Below are positions 41,930 through 43,219 of a stretch of DNA of 43,219 nucleotides, piece after piece (position 1 is the first letter of the stretch; each line of letters begins with the position of its first letter). Location: positions 1-43,219 of the forward strand of contig NIVC01001506.1 of NCBI GenBank assembly GCA_002269645.1, in the 5' to 3' direction. The DNA is from Macrostomum lignano (Eukaryota). Position numbers and translations under genes: made by a program. A model generated the notes under the pieces. The model searched no databases. It saw nothing but the letters and a program-made list of their open reading frames with translations, and was not told where the DNA came from.

Positions 41930-43110
41930 TGGAGATGAGAATGGCGCCAAATTGTGGGAAATGAGAATGGCGCCAAATTGTGGGAAATGAGAATGGCGCC
42001 AAATTGTGGGAGATTAGAATGGCGCCAAATTATAGATGAGAATAGTGCCAAATTGTGGAAGATGAGAATGGCGCCAAATTGTGGAAACGAGAATGGCGCT
42101 AAATTTTTGGAAATGAGAATGGTGCCAAATTGTGGGAGGTGTAAATGGCACCAAATTTTTGGAAATGAGAATGGCGCTAAATTGTGGAGATGAGAATGGC
42201 GCCAAATTGTTGGAGATGAGAATGGCGCCAAATTGTTGGAGATGAGAATGGCGCCAAATTGTTGGAGATAAGAATGGCGCCAAATTGTGGGAGACGAGAA
42301 TGGCGCCAAATTGTGGGAGATGAGAATGGCGCCAAATTGTGGGAGATGAGAATGGCGCCAAATTGTGGGAGATGAGAATGGCGCCAAATTGTGGGAGATT
42401 AGAATGGCGCCAAATTGTGTGGAGATGAGAATGGCGCCAAATTGTTGGAGATGAGAATGGCGCCAAATTGTTGGAGATGAGAATGGCGCCAAATTGTGGG
42501 AAATGAGAATGGCGCCAAATTGTGGGAAATGAGAATGGCCTAAATTGTGGGAGACGAGAATGGCGCCAAATTGTTGGAGATGAGAATGGCGCCAAATTGT
42601 TGGAGATGAGAATGGCGCCAAATTGTTGGAGATAAGATGGCGCCAAATTGTGGAGACGAGAATGGCGCCAAATTGTGGGAGATGAGAATGGCGCCAAATT
42701 GTGGGAGATGAGAATGGCGCCAAATTGTTGGAGATGAGAATGGCGCCAAATTGTTGGAGATGAGAATGGCGCCAAATTGTTGGAGATAAGAATGGCGCCA
42801 AATTGTGGGAGACGAGAATGGCGCCAAATTTGGGAGATGAGAATGGCGCCAAATTGTTGGAGATGAGAATGGCGCCAAATTGTTGGAGATGAGAATGGCG
42901 CCAAATTGTGGAAATGAGAATGGCGCCAAATTGTGGGAGATGAGAATGGCGCCAAATTGTGGGAAATGAGAATGCGCGCCAAATTGTGGGAAATGAGAAT
43001 GGCGCCAAATTGTGGGAGACGAGAATGGCGCCAAATTGTGGGAGATGAGAATGGCGCCCAATTGTGGGAGACGAGATTGGCGCCAAATTGTTGTAGACGA
43101 GAACGGCGCC
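41930..43110 (+). repeat. 26-bp minisatellite (~45 copies)
   Basis: Unit TGGCGCCAAATTGTGGGAGATGAGAA. Confidence 0.96.
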
Positions 43111-43219
43111 AACTAATGTAAGTTTAGAATGGCAAGTTATGATAGATAAAGATGAATACATCTATACCATTTTTCCGACACTTCGACAGGCGACATCGCC
43201 AGCGGTATGGAAAATTAAA

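Noticed and set aside
27742-43110. Regularly spaced 23-31-bp repeats superficially like CRISPR arrays
   Set aside because: Repeats are directly adjacent with no unique spacers, there are no cas genes, and the context is eukaryotic.
41848-43161. 437-aa and 322-aa minus-strand ORFs
   Set aside because: Translations of the 26-bp array, cycling through three frames.
43160-43200. Candidate first exon of the CLC gene (ATGTCGCCTGTC...G|GTATAG on the minus strand)
   Set aside because: The ATG frame gives phase 2 while the next exon needs phase 1, the donor is weak, and it lies at the window edge.

Overview
Eukaryotic (animal) genomic DNA, not prokaryotic. It has spliced GT-AG genes, GC-rich poly-Q/poly-A coding sequence, TTAGGG repeats and a very high load of micro- and minisatellites. 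This resembles a free-living flatworm such as Macrostomum (inference only). Host genes reconstructed by hand: (1) a 5-exon uncharacterised multi-pass membrane protein (+, 131-4784, one frameshift); (2) three in-phase exons of an unidentified gene (+, ~6875-7585); (3) a single-exon secreted prepropeptide with a TATA box (-, 15865-16068); (4) a complete 6-exon cysteine string protein, DNAJC5-like (+, 25534-29056); (5) a CLC-3/4/5-type Cl-/H+ exchanger lacking its first exon (-, 33223-40242). Mobile DNA is concentrated in 9-25 kb. A 6.6-kb Helitron chain consists of three head-to-tail non-autonomous units, each carrying a TTAGGG island, fused to an internally deleted coding Helitron whose spliced ORF reads STPR-like repeats, OTU protease, Zn-finger/Helitron N-terminal region. 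There is also a decayed irritans-type mariner, a decayed DIRS-order tyrosine-recombinase retrotransposon with a SAP-domain Gag, several MITEs, and two tRNA-derived CORE-SINEs. Almost every large intron holds its own distinct minisatellite, and many units are built around a short palindrome. Most long ORFs in the supplied track are repeat artefacts. All coordinates and alignments were read by eye; no searches were run.
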